Source of the DNA: Saprolegnia diclina VS20
Taxonomy: Eukaryota
Reading direction: 5' to 3'
Assembly: GCF_000281045.1 (NCBI RefSeq)
Contig: NW_008246075.1
Coordinates: forward strand, 520,761-572,371
DNA: 51,611 bases
Each line of letters begins with the position of its first letter. Position 1 is the first letter of the stretch. Shown piece after piece: positions 10,885 to 23,935 of this stretch. The position numbers and the translations under genes are program-made. Under the pieces are notes generated by a model. That model ran no database searches and was not told the DNA's origin. It saw only the letters and a program-made list of their open reading frames with translations.

Positions 10885-12687
10885 CTACCGCGAGAACGCC
10901 TTCTTTTGCGTCTTGCTGTTGTACGCTGATGGCCCAGCGTCGTCGACTTCGACCTTGCGGTGCACAAATTCGAGGAGGTCCTTGGCGGCCCTACACGATG
11001 TCGTCGCATAAGTCGCCTCGCTGTAGGTAGCGAGGGGCGTACTTGTAGTAGTTGGTGTCGCTCGAGTTGTACAGCATGCAGTTGTCGCACATGAGGACAA
11101 GGTCGGCCTTGAACGCCGCCTTGTTGGCGTACGCATTCTCCTCAATGCGCTTGGCGATCGCCGTCAAATCGATTGGCGTCTTGACGATCTCGAGGTAGTC
11201 GGTCACGAGCCGCGTGTCGACCGGCTCGTGGAACGGCCACGCGCTGCGGTGGTTCGAGAGCGACTTCCAGAGCGTCTGGAGCTGCGCTTTCAAGCTCCCT
11301 GGCTCGCGGCTCCTACGCACCCGAATAAACTGTGTGAGTGTTCCTGCTTGGCTGCGACGGACGACGTACCCGATGCGGTTGTTGCGGATGATCGTCTGCG
11401 ACCAGCCGGCCTCGCCTACGCCACCACGCGAGTCAGATGAGGAGAGCGACGTCGGCGACCGTACGGACACCCGGCACCGAGTAAACGTCGACGAGTCGTG
11501 CTTCACAAAAGGTCGTCAAGCCCGGATAAACGACATGGGCATGGGAGCGTGCTTGGATCTTCTCCATGAGCATCTAGACAATTCCGTGGAATATGATGAG
11601 GTTGACGCAAGATGCATTTTGTGTGTACCTTGCGCTGGGTCTGGACCATGGACGTAATGTCGAGGTAGTTGATGTGCTCGTGGATGCAGCACTCCATGAG
11701 GGTCCCGCCGTCGTAGTCCTTGATGTAGCCGAACCAGTTGGGCTTGGGCATCGAGACGATCTTGGAGAAGCCTTGCTTCTTAAAGTACCCGATCGCATAG
11801 TTGTCGGCGTACGTGAGGAAATGCGAGATGCCCTGCGTCTTGACGTACTCCTTGAGGTGGTTCATGAGCCGCGTGCCATACCCCTTCACCTGCTCGCTCG
11901 CCGTAATGGCGCAGAACGCGATCTCGCCAAAGTGGTTTGCCAAGAACGGCCGGTAGCAAATGCCGCCGACGACCGTCTTTTTGTTCTTGAGGATCACCAT
12001 CGAGTGGTGGTTGCGGTCAAAGACGAGGCGCACAATGTACTCCTTGGGCATCTTGGGCAGCTGCTTGGAGAAGATGTTCTTGAGCGTCATGAGCTGGATC
12101 ATGCGGTCCGGCGTTCCGTCGTTCGTGATCACGTCAAACTCGAGCACGCCCACGTCCTCTTCCTTCTTGGCCATCTCGTCCCGCGACACGATCGGCGCCA
12201 CGCTACCCGCGTCTTCGCTGCGCTTGCGCTTGAGTGAGCCGTCAATTGCCTTGGCCTCGCTCGACGGCGTCGTCTTGGCGCCGGTTGTTTGCGCCTCGGA
12301 TGCGTCATGAAGAACTGTGGTATCTTGAATCGTCGCCGTCTCGTCCACCGAATCGGCCGTCGAACCGGCGCCGGCCTCGACCTCCGGCTCGCCAGCGTCC
12401 GTCGCATTGCCTTCCGACGGCGCAGCCTCGACTTCGTCATTGGCATCCATCGGCGACGCGGTCGCAGCGTCTAATACGTCGGCGCTGCCCATGTCCACAT
12501 CGGCCGACGGCCCGTCGGCAGCTGCGGCCGTATCGTCCGTAGGCGTCGGCGGAGGCAGCGGCGCCGCGTCGTCCGGGTCATTTGACGTCATGTCGCGGTC
12601 GTTGGCGCCGGCGGGGGATGCAGTGGCCGGCGGCGCGGCCGCGACCGGCGCCAGGCTGTGGCCATCGGCTGCTGTCGCCTCCATCAT
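10885..12687 (-). CDS. GCN5: Histone acetyltransferase GCN5 (GNAT HAT plus C-terminal bromodomain), multi-exon
   Basis: [81 protein letters not shown]. Bromodomain AWPFHEPVD...[12 protein letters not shown]...NCMLYN. Short introns interrupt the ORFs. Confidence 0.95.
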
Positions 12688-12738
12688 ACGAATTCACAGT
12701 GCTTTCAACGCCAGGGTGGTTCACAAATTGCCTGCATA

Positions 12739-12752
12739 TTTTAAGCCAATCA
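12739..12752 (-). promoter_or_regulatory. Oomycete-type CCAAT box upstream of GCN5
   Basis: TTTTAAGCCAATCA (TGATTGGCTTAAAA on the minus strand), ~50 nt upstream of the GCN5 ATG. Confidence 0.5.
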
Positions 12753-15003
12753 TCAATGCGTATTTGAATTTCATCCAATCATCGCGCGGAGAAAGAGCGG
12801 TAATTCGACCGCGCTCTGCAGGGCATCGAGGACTGAGCCACGATCTGCTTGCACCATCCCTCGCTCGACTAGAGTAGTCGACTATAATAGATTGTGCCTC
12901 CTCGCCATTGGCTACTAGGACTCGATAGGATAGCGCTCGACGCGGCGCCAGGACGACGGTTCAGGTTGCAGACAAGTTGTACACGCATCCATCCAGCTGC
13001 TTTGCCCCATCAAAGGCACCTCGTCACAGGAAGGCGCCAATATATATCACGCAATCTTGGCAACACAGACATGTCGTCTTCTCATGCTATGTGGGTGCCA
13101 TTTTGTTGCACTTTCTGTCTCAAAAGATACCGACGGCACTTGCTAGTAGCTTGCACTGCATCAGCCAAAATGCCGAGCTATCGGGTGACGCGACGGCGTC
13201 TGGGGGTCGTCGGGCGTATAGAGTATCGACAAAAAAATCGCTTATGAGCCCCGGCGTCGATGTACGCGGCAGCGAGGCGCATCGAAGAGCGGCGCCGTCG
13301 GACTCATCTCGACCGGTCTGGGTCGACGCATACGCGCATCATCAGCACCGGCGCGATCTTCGCCCTCGGCAGTGCTGCGAGGAAGTTGCCAGGACGCCTT
13401 GCGCCGAGCCGGCGTCCTGATCATGCGGGCCCATCTACGTATCGGCCAGTCACACTTGCATATCCCAGAATGCCGCGCCGCAGTACCCCCTTGCGCCACC
13501 CGCGCATGGTCGTGGATGTGGCAGGGACGAGGCCAAGCATGTTGCTCGCCGGCGCGCGTTGGCGACGACGTCGATCTTCCTGCAGCGTACTGGCATCGCA
13601 TCGAGACCACTGCGATGCAATAGTGTGGTTAAGGTTTCAAAAATGCCGGTGTCGAGCGTCCCGCCAAAATGAGGCGCCGGCTTCGCGCATGTCGGTGCCC
13701 TCGCCGGCGTAGACCGCGCGCGAGAGAGTGCAGCTTAGACGCCTTCAAGGCCACCTTTGTGCTGCCGACAGTCGAGAGATAAGATACACTTTGGACCGCA
13801 ACAAAGAGGCGAATTGCTAGTAGTCTTGTTGGTCACTTCAAGGCGCCCGTTGCACAGGATGAGCGCAAGGCCGGCGCGTCCACCGAGAAGCACCAGTGGA
13901 GGACATCATGGACATGGCCGTTCGCCGCCCATCGCGAACACAGCGCAGCCTTTGACGATCGTCGGCGTAGCACCATACGAGTACGTTGCCGCCCTCTCCA
14001 TCGCCTTGACTAGGCCTCCTACGATGGCGGTCGCGGCGAGGCGCTCGTCTTGACTGCAAACGCAAGTGCTCTTCCAACGTACGAGTTGACATCGGCGGAC
14101 GAGTGGAGCACGCGCGAAGAAGGTGCATGAAGGTCATCCTCATCAATCCTGGCGGCGTAACTTGACGATCGCCATGACGTCGAGGAAGCGCCCATCTCGG
14201 TTGCCGTCGCGGTATCTTTGGTCGACTGGTCCTTCCGGATGGTCGCGATGTTCGGCTGCCAATGGGCAGCTGGTATGGTTGACAAATTCTCAGTCACCTC
14301 GACCATCAATCGGGTATGTCACCACCATGACTTGCTCCTCGCTCCGCGCTGCGCGCCTCGCTCGCGGCGCATGTCGTCGACAGCCAAGCGCGGGCTCTTC
14401 GCCGTGAAGGACTGCCCAACGCCTGCCCACGCTCAGCGTCGCCTCACGAGACATTCTTGGCGACACCACTGGTACGTTCATATGTCCAAGCAGCCGTTTA
14501 CTTCGATTGCTAGGATGACTCCTGTTCTTCTGGTGGAGCACTAGCGCCCACGGTCAACGCTGGCCAATTCACCGTGCCCCACATTGCCGAAAGCTCGGTA
14601 ACCGCTTGTTTCAACATGCGAGGCTGGCAGCCTCGGGCCTTATCCGCTCTCGTCCGGCGCCGGACGTAGTCGCGTACCTTGCTCAACGGCGCCGTGGTTT
14701 GCATCTTTTCTTGGGTGCCGATCGCCGCCGGCACCACGACGGCCATTCGACCAGATGCGAGCGAATGTGGTGCTTTGGTGCGACTGACAAGCGCGCTGCC
14801 CTCTCAAGCCCGATCACAAACCCTTCCCCTATCGAGGGTAGGGTTACTCGCGTCATGGAAACGACCTGTGACCGTCAGTACCTGCACGCTATGAGCTCTA
14901 GAACCCATAAACTTTTTCATATACCAACGTGTAAAAACGTCGAAAGTGGTAAAAACGACGTCGACCACTTTTCAACGACGGCTTCAAACGCCATTGAAAG
15001 AAT

Positions 15004-15750
15004 ATGCTGCGACGACTGCTTCCGAACGGGACGGCGATGCCACGGGCGGCAGCGCCGACAGTCAATGTGTCCGTGACGCACGGGAATGCGACCTTTCTGC
15101 CCGCGACGCAAGCCGTCCTGTCGCTGCCGCCCAAGGCCACCGCCGCCCCCGATGCAAGCAGCGTCGTCCTTCTCTTGTACATAGCGCTGTTCGTCATCCT
15201 CCTCGGCTCAATGCTCGTGTGCTACTTGCTCCGCCGAGCGCCCGCGCGTCGATCGACCGTGCCAGCGCAAATGGCAGCGTCGCCGTACTACGATCGGTTT
15301 GGGCCGCTGACGCCACCGACGCTCCTTGAAGAGGTCGGTCGTCCCTGCACCGAGCCAGAGCTGAGCCCTCTCGACTCGTCGTCGCCTTCATCCTTGCACT
15401 CGGACGGCGAGACACCGGTCTTGCACGACGAAAAGCCGCGGCTCGTGAGTGTCGATGCGCCGCCCACTTGCATCTTGGCGCATGAAAGTCCAGAGAGTCG
15501 CAGTTGCACGCCGCCGTTCAGCACGCGCGTGCCGTCGTTTTACACGTCACGCTTCACGGACAAGTCGCTGCGCTACTCGGTCAACTCGGAGGCGTCGAGC
15601 GACCGCGACACGTCGCTCTTTGCCACCGTGCGCGACAGCCATCTCTTCAAGGATTTTATGGGCAGCCCGTCGTCGCTCGCGTCGTCCCGGGGCTCGTCGA
15701 TCTTGTACACGCGTAGCAGCTCGGTGCTCAACGCACAGTTTTCCGTCTAA
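15004..15750 (+). CDS. Single-pass membrane protein with Ser/Pro-rich cytoplasmic tail
   Basis: 248-aa ORF. N-terminal sequons NGT, NVS and NAT; TM VVLLLYIALFVILLGSMLVCYLL followed by RR; GC-rich codon usage. Confidence 0.7.
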   Translation: MLRRLLPNGTAMPRAAAPTVNVSVTHGNATFLPATQAVLSLPPKATAAPDASSVVLLLYIALFVILLGSMLVCYLLRRAPARRSTVPAQMAASPYYDRFGPLTPPTLLEEVGRPCTEPELSPLDSSSPSSLHSDGETPVLHDEKPRLVSVDAPPTCILAHESPESRSCTPPFSTRVPSFYTSRFTDKSLRYSVNSEASSDRDTSLFATVRDSHLFKDFMGSPSSLASSRGSSILYTRSSSVLNAQFSV

Positions 15751-16136
15751 CGACAATAATATCCAACCATCGGCCCTAATACCCGTCTTGCGACATATGA
15801 ACAATCAACTAACAAACAAGGACGCTGCAAGTTTTATAGTTCCTACTCGACGTAAATTGATCTATCGCATTTGCTACTAGTACTATACAACCGAATGCTC
15901 TACTCTAACAAAAGACAAGAATACACCGGTATCAAATACGCTGGACTGCTGTCGCACTGGTCAGTAGTAGCCGTTTCTCGTGCGACGACATCGCCAGGGG
16001 CACCCATGACGCTGACGTCGTACTCCAGAAATCAAAGGGAACAACAACATCACTGACAAACATGCATCTCATGGAATACGTAGTCGCTGAGGTTACAGCC
16101 TGAAATGAGATGCTGCAAAAAGCAATGGGGAGTTGC

Positions 16137-17019
16137 CTAGTGGAAGAGTTCGCCGCCGTCGGCCAGCACCACGTCGCGCGCGAGCTTGTCGCTGTCGGAG
16201 GCGACGCCCGCGGCTTCCATGGCGTCGACGACCTCAAAGCCGTCGACGACTTCGCCAAAGACGACGTGGTGGCCGTTGAGGTGCGGCTGTGGCGCCAGCA
16301 TAAAGCAAAACTGCGCGCCGTTCGTGTTCGGTCCGGCGTTGGCCATCTGCAGCACGTAGCGCTTGCTGTGTTCGAGCGCCAAGCCCGCCTTCTCGTCCTC
16401 TACCGCATCGGAATGAGTCTCTTTTGCACGAGATTTGATAAGTACCAAAGTCGCCGCCGTAGATGCTCTTGCCGCCCGTGCCGTTGCCACGTTCCCAGTC
16501 GCCGCACTGCACGACAAAGTTGGCTAAAATCCGATGGCAGCGCGAGCCCTTGTAGCTAAAGCCCCGCGCGTTGTCGCCGGTGACGAGACCGCGAAAGTTC
16601 TCGGCCGTCTTGGGCACAATGTCCATGTAGAGCTAGTCACATCGTTCATCAACATCCATTGGACGAGGTCGTTGCGGTCGTCGTACCTCGGCCGTGACGC
16701 GGCCCGCGGCCACGCCATCGATCGTCACGTCGATCCACACGTAGTGGCGGCCAGGCTTGCGCACCCAGAGATGCATGGCGGTCGGTGGCTCCGCGTCGTC
16801 GCCCGGATGCGGGACTGCCGCGGGATCGTGCACCGCCTTGGCGTCCACCCGCTGGCCAATGTGATAGCCTTCGCTGTCCGCCGCCGCCGGCACGGAGAAG
16901 ACGCTGTGCATGACGATCGTGTAGACGATGAAGAGCGCGACGACGGCGCCGACGATCATGGCAGTCGACGCGTTGCGGCCGGAGCGCGGGCGGCCTCCGT
17001 CCAACTTGCCTGCCACCAT
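16137..17019 (-). CDS. Membrane-anchored cyclophilin-type PPIase (tandem copy A), 3 exons
   Basis: N-terminal [72 protein letters not shown]. Two short introns. Confidence 0.9.
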
Positions 17020-17098
17020 GTCAAACTGCCACAAACCAAAAAGACCACCAAGAGCGAAGTTCAAAGTAAGCATGTCGAAGTTGTAGTTCGATTGATGA

Positions 17099-17948
17099 CT
17101 AATCAAAGATTTCGCCGCCATCGACAAAGACCACGTTGTGGTCGAGATGGACGCCGTCCTGCTCGACGCCCGAGGTCTCCATCGCGTCGACGACCTCGAA
17201 GCCGTCGACGACTTCGCCAAAGACCACGTGGCGGCCATTGAGGTGCGGCGCGGCGCTGAGCATAAAGCAAAACTGCGATCCGTTGCTGTTGGGCCCCGAG
17301 TTGGCCATCTGGAGAACGTAGCGCTTGCTATGCTCGAGCTTGAGGCCCTCGGGCTCGTCCGCTATCCCACATACATGAGCCGCTATGTCGCGAATTGATT
17401 GGACTTTGTACCAAACTTGCCGCCGTAGATGCTCTTGCCACCGTAGCCTTTGCCCGTCTCGAAGTCGCCGCACTGCACAACAAAGTTCTTGATGATGCGG
17501 TGGCACTTGGAGCCCTTGTACTGGAGGCCGAGCGCGTTGTCGCCCGTGACGAGACCGCGAAAGTTCTCGGCCGTCTTGGGCACAATGTCCATAAAGAGCT
17601 AGAGATGGTGGAGTGGAACTGCGACGGGTTGGTGGAGCATTATACCTCGGCCGTGATGCGCCCCGCCTTCTTGCCATCAATGCTCATGTCGATCCAGACG
17701 TAGCGGCGACCGGGCTTGCGCGTCCATTTGCGCGTTTGGCGCGTGGCGTGGACGGTCGGGACCACCTCGTCGAGCGCAGCGGCCTCGTGCAAGCTCGCTG
17801 GCGTCGCGGGTGACAGCGCACGCTGCATCCAGATGAAGTAGACGACCATGACTGAGGCGACGCAGATCGCAATGAGCTTGGTCACGCTGTTCGCGCCGCC
17901 CGCAGCGAGGCCATGGGGGCGGCGACCGCCACTGGTTCGGGGCAACAT
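17099..17948 (-). CDS. Membrane-anchored cyclophilin-type PPIase (tandem copy B), 3 exons
   Basis: N-terminal [74 protein letters not shown]. Same intron positions as copy A. Confidence 0.9.
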
Positions 17949-18426
17949 CCTGGACGTGTCCACTTGTGACTGCCTCGTGGCAATTGCCATACGCACTTAA
18001 TCGATGCACCCACTTAAGTGCGTTGTGCAATCGTGGCGTCCTGTCCATGCAGCGATGGGCAGCTCCAAGGGTCAATAAGCAAGATTGACCCATGGCAGCT
18101 CGCAGTTGGAGGTCCGAGCTGCCGAGGTAGACGCATACAAGCTCCGCGCTCCTTGCCAAAGAAGACTCTTTTGTGCGCTGGCAAATTCCAGTGCTTAGAA
18201 GCGTGCACCGTATAGCACTTGGTAAAGCTAGCCAACCATGGCGCTTCCAGCTCGTTGAACTGCATGATTGTCGAACGCTCTCACCTCGGCCGACGTCACG
18301 TCCCGCGGTGGCTTGCCCCAGTTGCGTCACATGTGCCCGTTGCTATAGCAGCGAACTTTCTCGAGACGTTGGTCCCAACATTCGACACCGCTGCTTCTTG
18401 TCGATCACTTTCGAACAATCCTCCTC

Positions 18427-19464
18427 ATGGGCAGCTCAACCACGACCGCAACACCAACGACGCCGCCCGTGGACGACACCACGAGTCAGAAGAAGGTGCT
18501 GACGTTCGACGAGACGCACGTGCACGCGCTGCGCGAAGGCGTGAGCGGCAGCAAGGTGTTTGTCAGCACACACTCGGAGAAGCACACGACTGTGGTCTTC
18601 ACGGGCGCCCCGGCCGACCTCGAAGCCATCAAAGCACAAGTGCACATGTACAAGCTTGGTAGCCGCGTCCTCGATTTGAGCCGCGACGCGACCACTGTGG
18701 AAGGCCGCGTGCTCATGGAAATCTTCCTCGACGAGGCGCAACCGCTGCGGGCGGTCGAGTCGGTCGGCAGCAGCGAGCTCGTGCTCGAGGACGGCACGCT
18801 CGCGCACCACGCGATCGTCGAGAAGATTGGGTCGGGCGCCATTTTTGTGCACTTTACCAAGGACACGGTGTTGCAGCAGCTCCACACAGTGCTTCGCGGC
18901 TCGGGGCTCATCCAGGTCGACGCCCCCAACCTGACGCTGCACGCCGGCCTCCAAGTCGACGTTGTCGGCTCGGGCTCGACGCACTTCCACGCGCTGCACC
19001 TGCGCGCGCCGACGATGGCAACGAAAGTGACGGGCTCGGGCGACATTTTGCTGGACGCGTCGCACCTTGGCACCGACAAGCTCATGTCGATGGTCACGGG
19101 CTCGGGCGCGATCCGGTACTACGAAGCCGGTATAGTCGGCGAGCACATCGTCGACGTGAGCGGCTCGGGCAAGGTGCTCGCAACGTCGCTCCTCGCCGAG
19201 CGCGTGCTGGCGTCGGTCGTCGGCAGCGGCGAGGTGTGCACGCAGGCGATGAAGGCGCTCGACGGGACAGTGTTTGGCTCGGGCGCCATTGCAGCCTGCG
19301 ACCCATGGCCGGAGCACGTGGCCGTGAGTCCGCGCTTGACGAGCACAATGCACGTGCCCAAGTCGTGGACGGCGCGCGGGCTGCCGACGCGCGACCTCAA
19401 GCTGGGTTTCCGCAAGCAACTCAACCTCTTTGGCAACACCATCTCGATCAACCTAGATCTCTAA
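18427..19464 (+). CDS. GIN/DUF2807-like (autotransporter adhesin head) beta-solenoid repeat protein
   Basis: 345-aa intronless ORF with about 8 periodic x-x-GSG-x-hydrophobic repeats (KIGSGAI, LRGSGLI, VVGSGST, VTGSGDI, VTGSGAI, VSGSGKV, VVGSGEV, VFGSGAI). Confidence 0.8.
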   Translation: MGSSTTTATPTTPPVDDTTSQKKVLTFDETHVHALREGVSGSKVFVSTHSEKHTTVVFTGAPADLEAIKAQVHMYKLGSRVLDLSRDATTVEGRVLMEIFLDEAQPLRAVESVGSSELVLEDGTLAHHAIVEKIGSGAIFVHFTKDTVLQQLHTVLRGSGLIQVDAPNLTLHAGLQVDVVGSGSTHFHALHLRAPTMATKVTGSGDILLDASHLGTDKLMSMVTGSGAIRYYEAGIVGEHIVDVSGSGKVLATSLLAERVLASVVGSGEVCTQAMKALDGTVFGSGAIAACDPWPEHVAVSPRLTSTMHVPKSWTARGLPTRDLKLGFRKQLNLFGNTISINLDL

Positions 19465-19747
19465 GCCCATAAATGGAGCTCTAAAGATGAATTCATGTGC
19501 TTGTTTGTGCGAGGAGTCAGTGGCTTTGGGCCCCGGTCGATCGATCCCCTGGTCAACCTCTGCCATTGTGAACATACTCAGTACCTTGTCAACTGCACCG
19601 CCTCAACTGCAAGCTGCTGGATTTGGCCTTCTCCGTCTTGGGTCGCACTGCGTACTACTGTTCTTTTGGCGAGTCCCTTCTTGGAGGACACCACGTTATT
19701 GCATCCACAGTATTAATTTGCATTGTCGTTCCTACTCGAGTGCATCG

Positions 19748-22700
19748 TTACTCTTCGAGGTCGGCGATCTTCCAGCGGCTTTGGCGCCCCGCCGCGTAAA
19801 TCTCCATGAGCGTGCGCTCAAACTCGTGCTTGCTCATGAGGTCGCGGTATTTGTTGTGGAGCATGAGCGCGGCGCGCGCGTCTTCGATCGAGTCGTGCGT
19901 CTCGAGCTGAATGTGCGCCTTGAAGAGGTACACGATCAGGAACCGCAGCGCGATCTTGCGCATATTGGGCTGCTGGTACAACTCGACCGTGTCGATGATC
20001 TAATTTATATCCTAGTATCCAAATACATCGCAAAATGGAGAAACCTGCTCGGGCGGCACAAAGAGGTTGACAATGCGAAAGTCCTTGCCGAGGCCATGGC
20101 CGACAAACAAGCAGCCGCGGTCGACGAGGTACCGGAGCTTCATGTATGCGGCCTTGAGCGGCACAACGTGGTGCCGGCTCACGCTCGGGTTGAGGTCGTC
20201 GGCCACAAGACCGCTAAACCGCGTGAGGTAGTCGACAACCTACCCAAGACCCATCAGTGCTTAGTCCCAGCACTCGGTAGTAACGCGCACCGGCTCGCTC
20301 GGAAGGACATAGTCGTCGACAAACACCGTGTTGGTTTCGCCGTGGATGAGCGACACGCGCGCCAGGGCTTGTCGGCTTTCCTTCGTGACGACCCCTAATC
20401 CACAATAGAAGAATCCGATATATAGCTACTGGTAGATAATTGAAGGGACGTACGCGTGCCGTCGGTCTGAAGCGTCGCTTCTTCCATTTCCACAATGACA
20501 AACTCCGTGTCGATCGCGACGCGGTCGCCTTTTTGAGGCAGCGTCGCCAACTCGAGTGGCGTGAACGATGACGACGACGGCGTCACCGATGGCGCGTGGA
20601 ACACGGACGTCGGAATGTCGACCGTCGGCTCGGGTGTCGCGATCGCCCGCAGTGTCGCGCGTTGGCGGTAGACGAGCACGGACGGAAACTTCCATGGCAC
20701 GTGAAAGGCCACCGCGTCCAACCCGACTGTCGGCGTCACGCTAAAGTCGTTGAAGAGAAGCCAGTTGTGCTCGTCGTCACTCGACCGACTGCTCGTGACG
20801 TCCGGGTCCAAGATATGCGCAATCTACCAGTTCAAACCATAAATGTCCCGGAAAATACGTTAAAAATACGCCAAAAATACGTACGAGGTGCGCGTTGTGG
20901 CCACTCACGAGATGGCTTCGGCGGACATCGCGGACGACCCCGGCCGCGACGCCGACGAGGACGTAATCATCGTCAGCCGGAGTCCACTCTGCGTCGGTCG
21001 TCGGTTCGTGGACAACGACAATCCCGTCCGTGACCGCGACCCGGAACTGCATGGGCACCCAGCTTGCGCCACTCGCCTTCTCGGTCGCCCACAGCTCCTT
21101 GATATCTGGCGTCTCGAGCCAGTCGGCGACGCCCGTTTGGAGGCACAGCGTCGGTGCCGGGAGCCCCGAGAGGCTTTCGCTCACAACGTCGGCAAAGGTC
21201 GCATCGCGGAGCGCAGCCGGGTCGGTCGGGTACGTCAGCGTGATGCGCTGCACGGACGGCAGTCCCAATGTGTCGACGAGGAGGCCAAAGAAGGCGTCGG
21301 CGCGCGGCAGAATCGACGTGGTCGTGTCAAAGAGCCCCAAGGTCGTCGCCGCCGGCACCTGATTCGCCATCAACTTCAATGTATCAAGTGAACGACCGAT
21401 AGGTACCTGACGCAGTGTCGTGAGGAGGTTGGTGGGCTGGCAGCTCTTGGCGTGGCGCGGTGCTTTCGCGCTCGCTTCGTTCATCATGTGGAAGAGAAAG
21501 CCGAGCTCACATGTGACGCAGACCGGCGCGTCGCAGAGGTGCAGGAGCGCGTGCGTGCGGAGCTCGGGCACAAAGTAGAGCAGTTGCAGGAGCGCGTTGA
21601 TGTAGGAGAACGGCAGCGAGTTCTCGAGCCCGACAAAGCGCGTGCCATTGTGCTTGGCAAAATCAAACATAAAGCCGTCCATGCCGTGCTTGCTCATCTT
21701 GATCTCCTTGTACTTGTATCTATCCAGGCATGCAGATTGGATACGAAGGATACTTGGATCGTACCGTGGCGGGACGTGGCACGGGTCCGACTCGTCAAAT
21801 GACTTGGCCGACGCGGTTCGGTGCGTCATTTTCTTGTCGACAAAGCGCGGGTCCACGGTCGCGACGGCCGCCGACCGCCCTTGGCCATACACAAATGAGT
21901 TTTTCGGAACGCCGCCGTGCTGCGTAAAGCCCTAACCGCGACCTCAACTCGTGCGATATACCAATCGATGCACTGCGTACAATGGTGTCCTTTTGCTGGA
22001 TCCGCGCCGCAAAATTCGGGTCGAGCACTTTGGTGGGCTTGGGCGCGACCACGAGCGTCACCTCGTGCTTGAGCGTCGAGTCCATATGGGGTGGCAGCCA
22101 CGACGAGAGCGGCGGGATCGCCTCGCCGTAGTCGTTGATCGTCGGGCGAAAGAGGTACCGGGACGCGGGCGCGGGCTCGAGCGGCGACAAGGCGAGCGGC
22201 GGCGCTTGGAACGACGCGGGAAAGGCCAGCGGCAGCAACGGGTCGTCCAAAAGCGCCTTGGGATTCGACGCTTGCGACGAGTCGTAGAGAACGACGCCGC
22301 CGTCGGGCGCACCAAGCGCGAGGAGCTCGCCGGACGATGCAAAGGTCATTGCCGACGCATTCGCGCCGAGCGGGCCGAGGGGCGTGTACTGATACGACCC
22401 CGGCTCGGTGATGTCAAAGAGGTACAAGTCGCTGTCGCGGCTACCGGCATAGTAGTGCGACCCCTGCGCGTGCGGCTGGAACTGCACGTAGCTCGGCGAC
22501 GCCGCCCCGGGAAACGGCATCGACTGGACAAGGCCCATCGTGCGCACGTCAAACAGCTTGATGAGCGGGTCCGGGTACACCTAACACTACTAAGTGTCGC
22601 TCAACAAAGAGAGCAGAGTACCTTGACGGGCGCGTTCTTGTCGTACGGGTTGATGCTACGGGCGGAGACGCCGCACGTCAAAATGTAGTGACCATGCATA

Positions 22701-23505
22701 TCCATCGAGACGATGTTGCCCGCATGCGCGTTCGGAATCGAGCACTCGACGCGGTGCGAGCGCAAGCTGCTGTCAAAGAGGTCGAGCTGCCCGGTGGCGC
22801 TGCCCGCACACATCATGGGCGCATCGTCGTGTGACGCGAGGGCCGTGATGGCAATTTTGCTTCCGTGGTAAAAGTCCATCGACCACACCGGCATCGGCGT
22901 CTTGTGCAGCGGGTGGCTGAGCTGGCCCTGGAGGTCGTAGGCCGCGACGCAGCCCAACGAGTTGCCGAGTAGGAGGTGGTCGTTGGGCTTGTTGCTGTCG
23001 TACGGGCGGAGGTGACCGCACGTGAGCGCGCCGCGCGAGTGGTCGACGGCGACCGTGTCGTTGTGCACGCAGCCGCGCGACCGGAAGACCGCCATCGACT
23101 TGGAGATCGCGACGATGCCACTAGACGCAAAAATCGTCGTCGCCGGCTTTTGGCGCCAGAGACACATACTCGTAGCATGGAATCAGCGTCTTGATCGCGC
23201 CAGCGTTCGAGATGACGCTCGAGTACTTCTCGAGCGTCGGGAGGAGGTGCGCCGTGAGCCGTCCCTAGCATAGCGTCGTTGATGCGGCTGACCATGCAAC
23301 CGAGTGACCGACGTACGTTGGCGTGGCCCGTCCAGAGCACCTCTTGGCACGGGTCAAAAGCCACGGCGCCGACAGCGTGGGCGGCGCCCGCCGGCGCGAG
23401 CCGCGCAATCTCGGTCCACTCTTCGTTCTCCGGGTACTGGTCGTAGTAGTCGTACTGCGGCTGCGCCATCATCATGCCATGGCCGGCCATCATGTGTCCA
23501 TGCAT
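19748..23505 (-). CDS. PAN2: PAN2 poly(A)-specific ribonuclease catalytic subunit (WD40, pseudo-UCH, DEDD exonuclease), multi-exon
   Basis: WD40 part AFDPCQEVLWTG and DPLIKLFDVRTM. UCH-like GLENSLPFSYINALLQLLYF...CELGFLFHMM...WLLFNDF. Exonuclease VAIDTEFV, FVGHGLGKDFRIVN, IQLETHDSIEDARAAL. Confidence 0.93.
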
Positions 23506-23935
23506 CCTCGTCGCCCTACTGCGCAAGATACACCTGCCCAGAAAGCTTTAGTGGCAGGCGGTCGGCGCCGCCTTGATTCTATCACTTGATGTTTGTATGC
23601 CAAATGAAATAATTTCGATTCTCGCCATCGGATTGGGCAAAATGGCGCTGGCGGTGTCGCTTTCGGCACATGCCGAATATACAAATTTAAAAGTGGCATG
23701 TCACGACCACCGTCCGACGCCGCACCGAGACCGCAGGTGCGCTTCCAACAACACTACCCATGCACCAGCTACGTATACTAGCGTGGGAAGCCAAGCGATG
23801 CGACATCCGGCTTACGGTAGAGCGCCGGAAGGGCAGTCGATAGGATTCGGCATATGATGCCGAATTAAAACCAGTGGTGGCGTGGGAAATGCCGAATCCG
23901 CCCACTGCACCCGTCCGTGGACACGGAGAAGCATC

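Noticed and set aside
12900..14750. GC-rich stretch with many short ORFs between GCN5 and the TM protein
   Set aside because: No consistent frame, splice pattern or motif; at most unassignable pseudogene debris.
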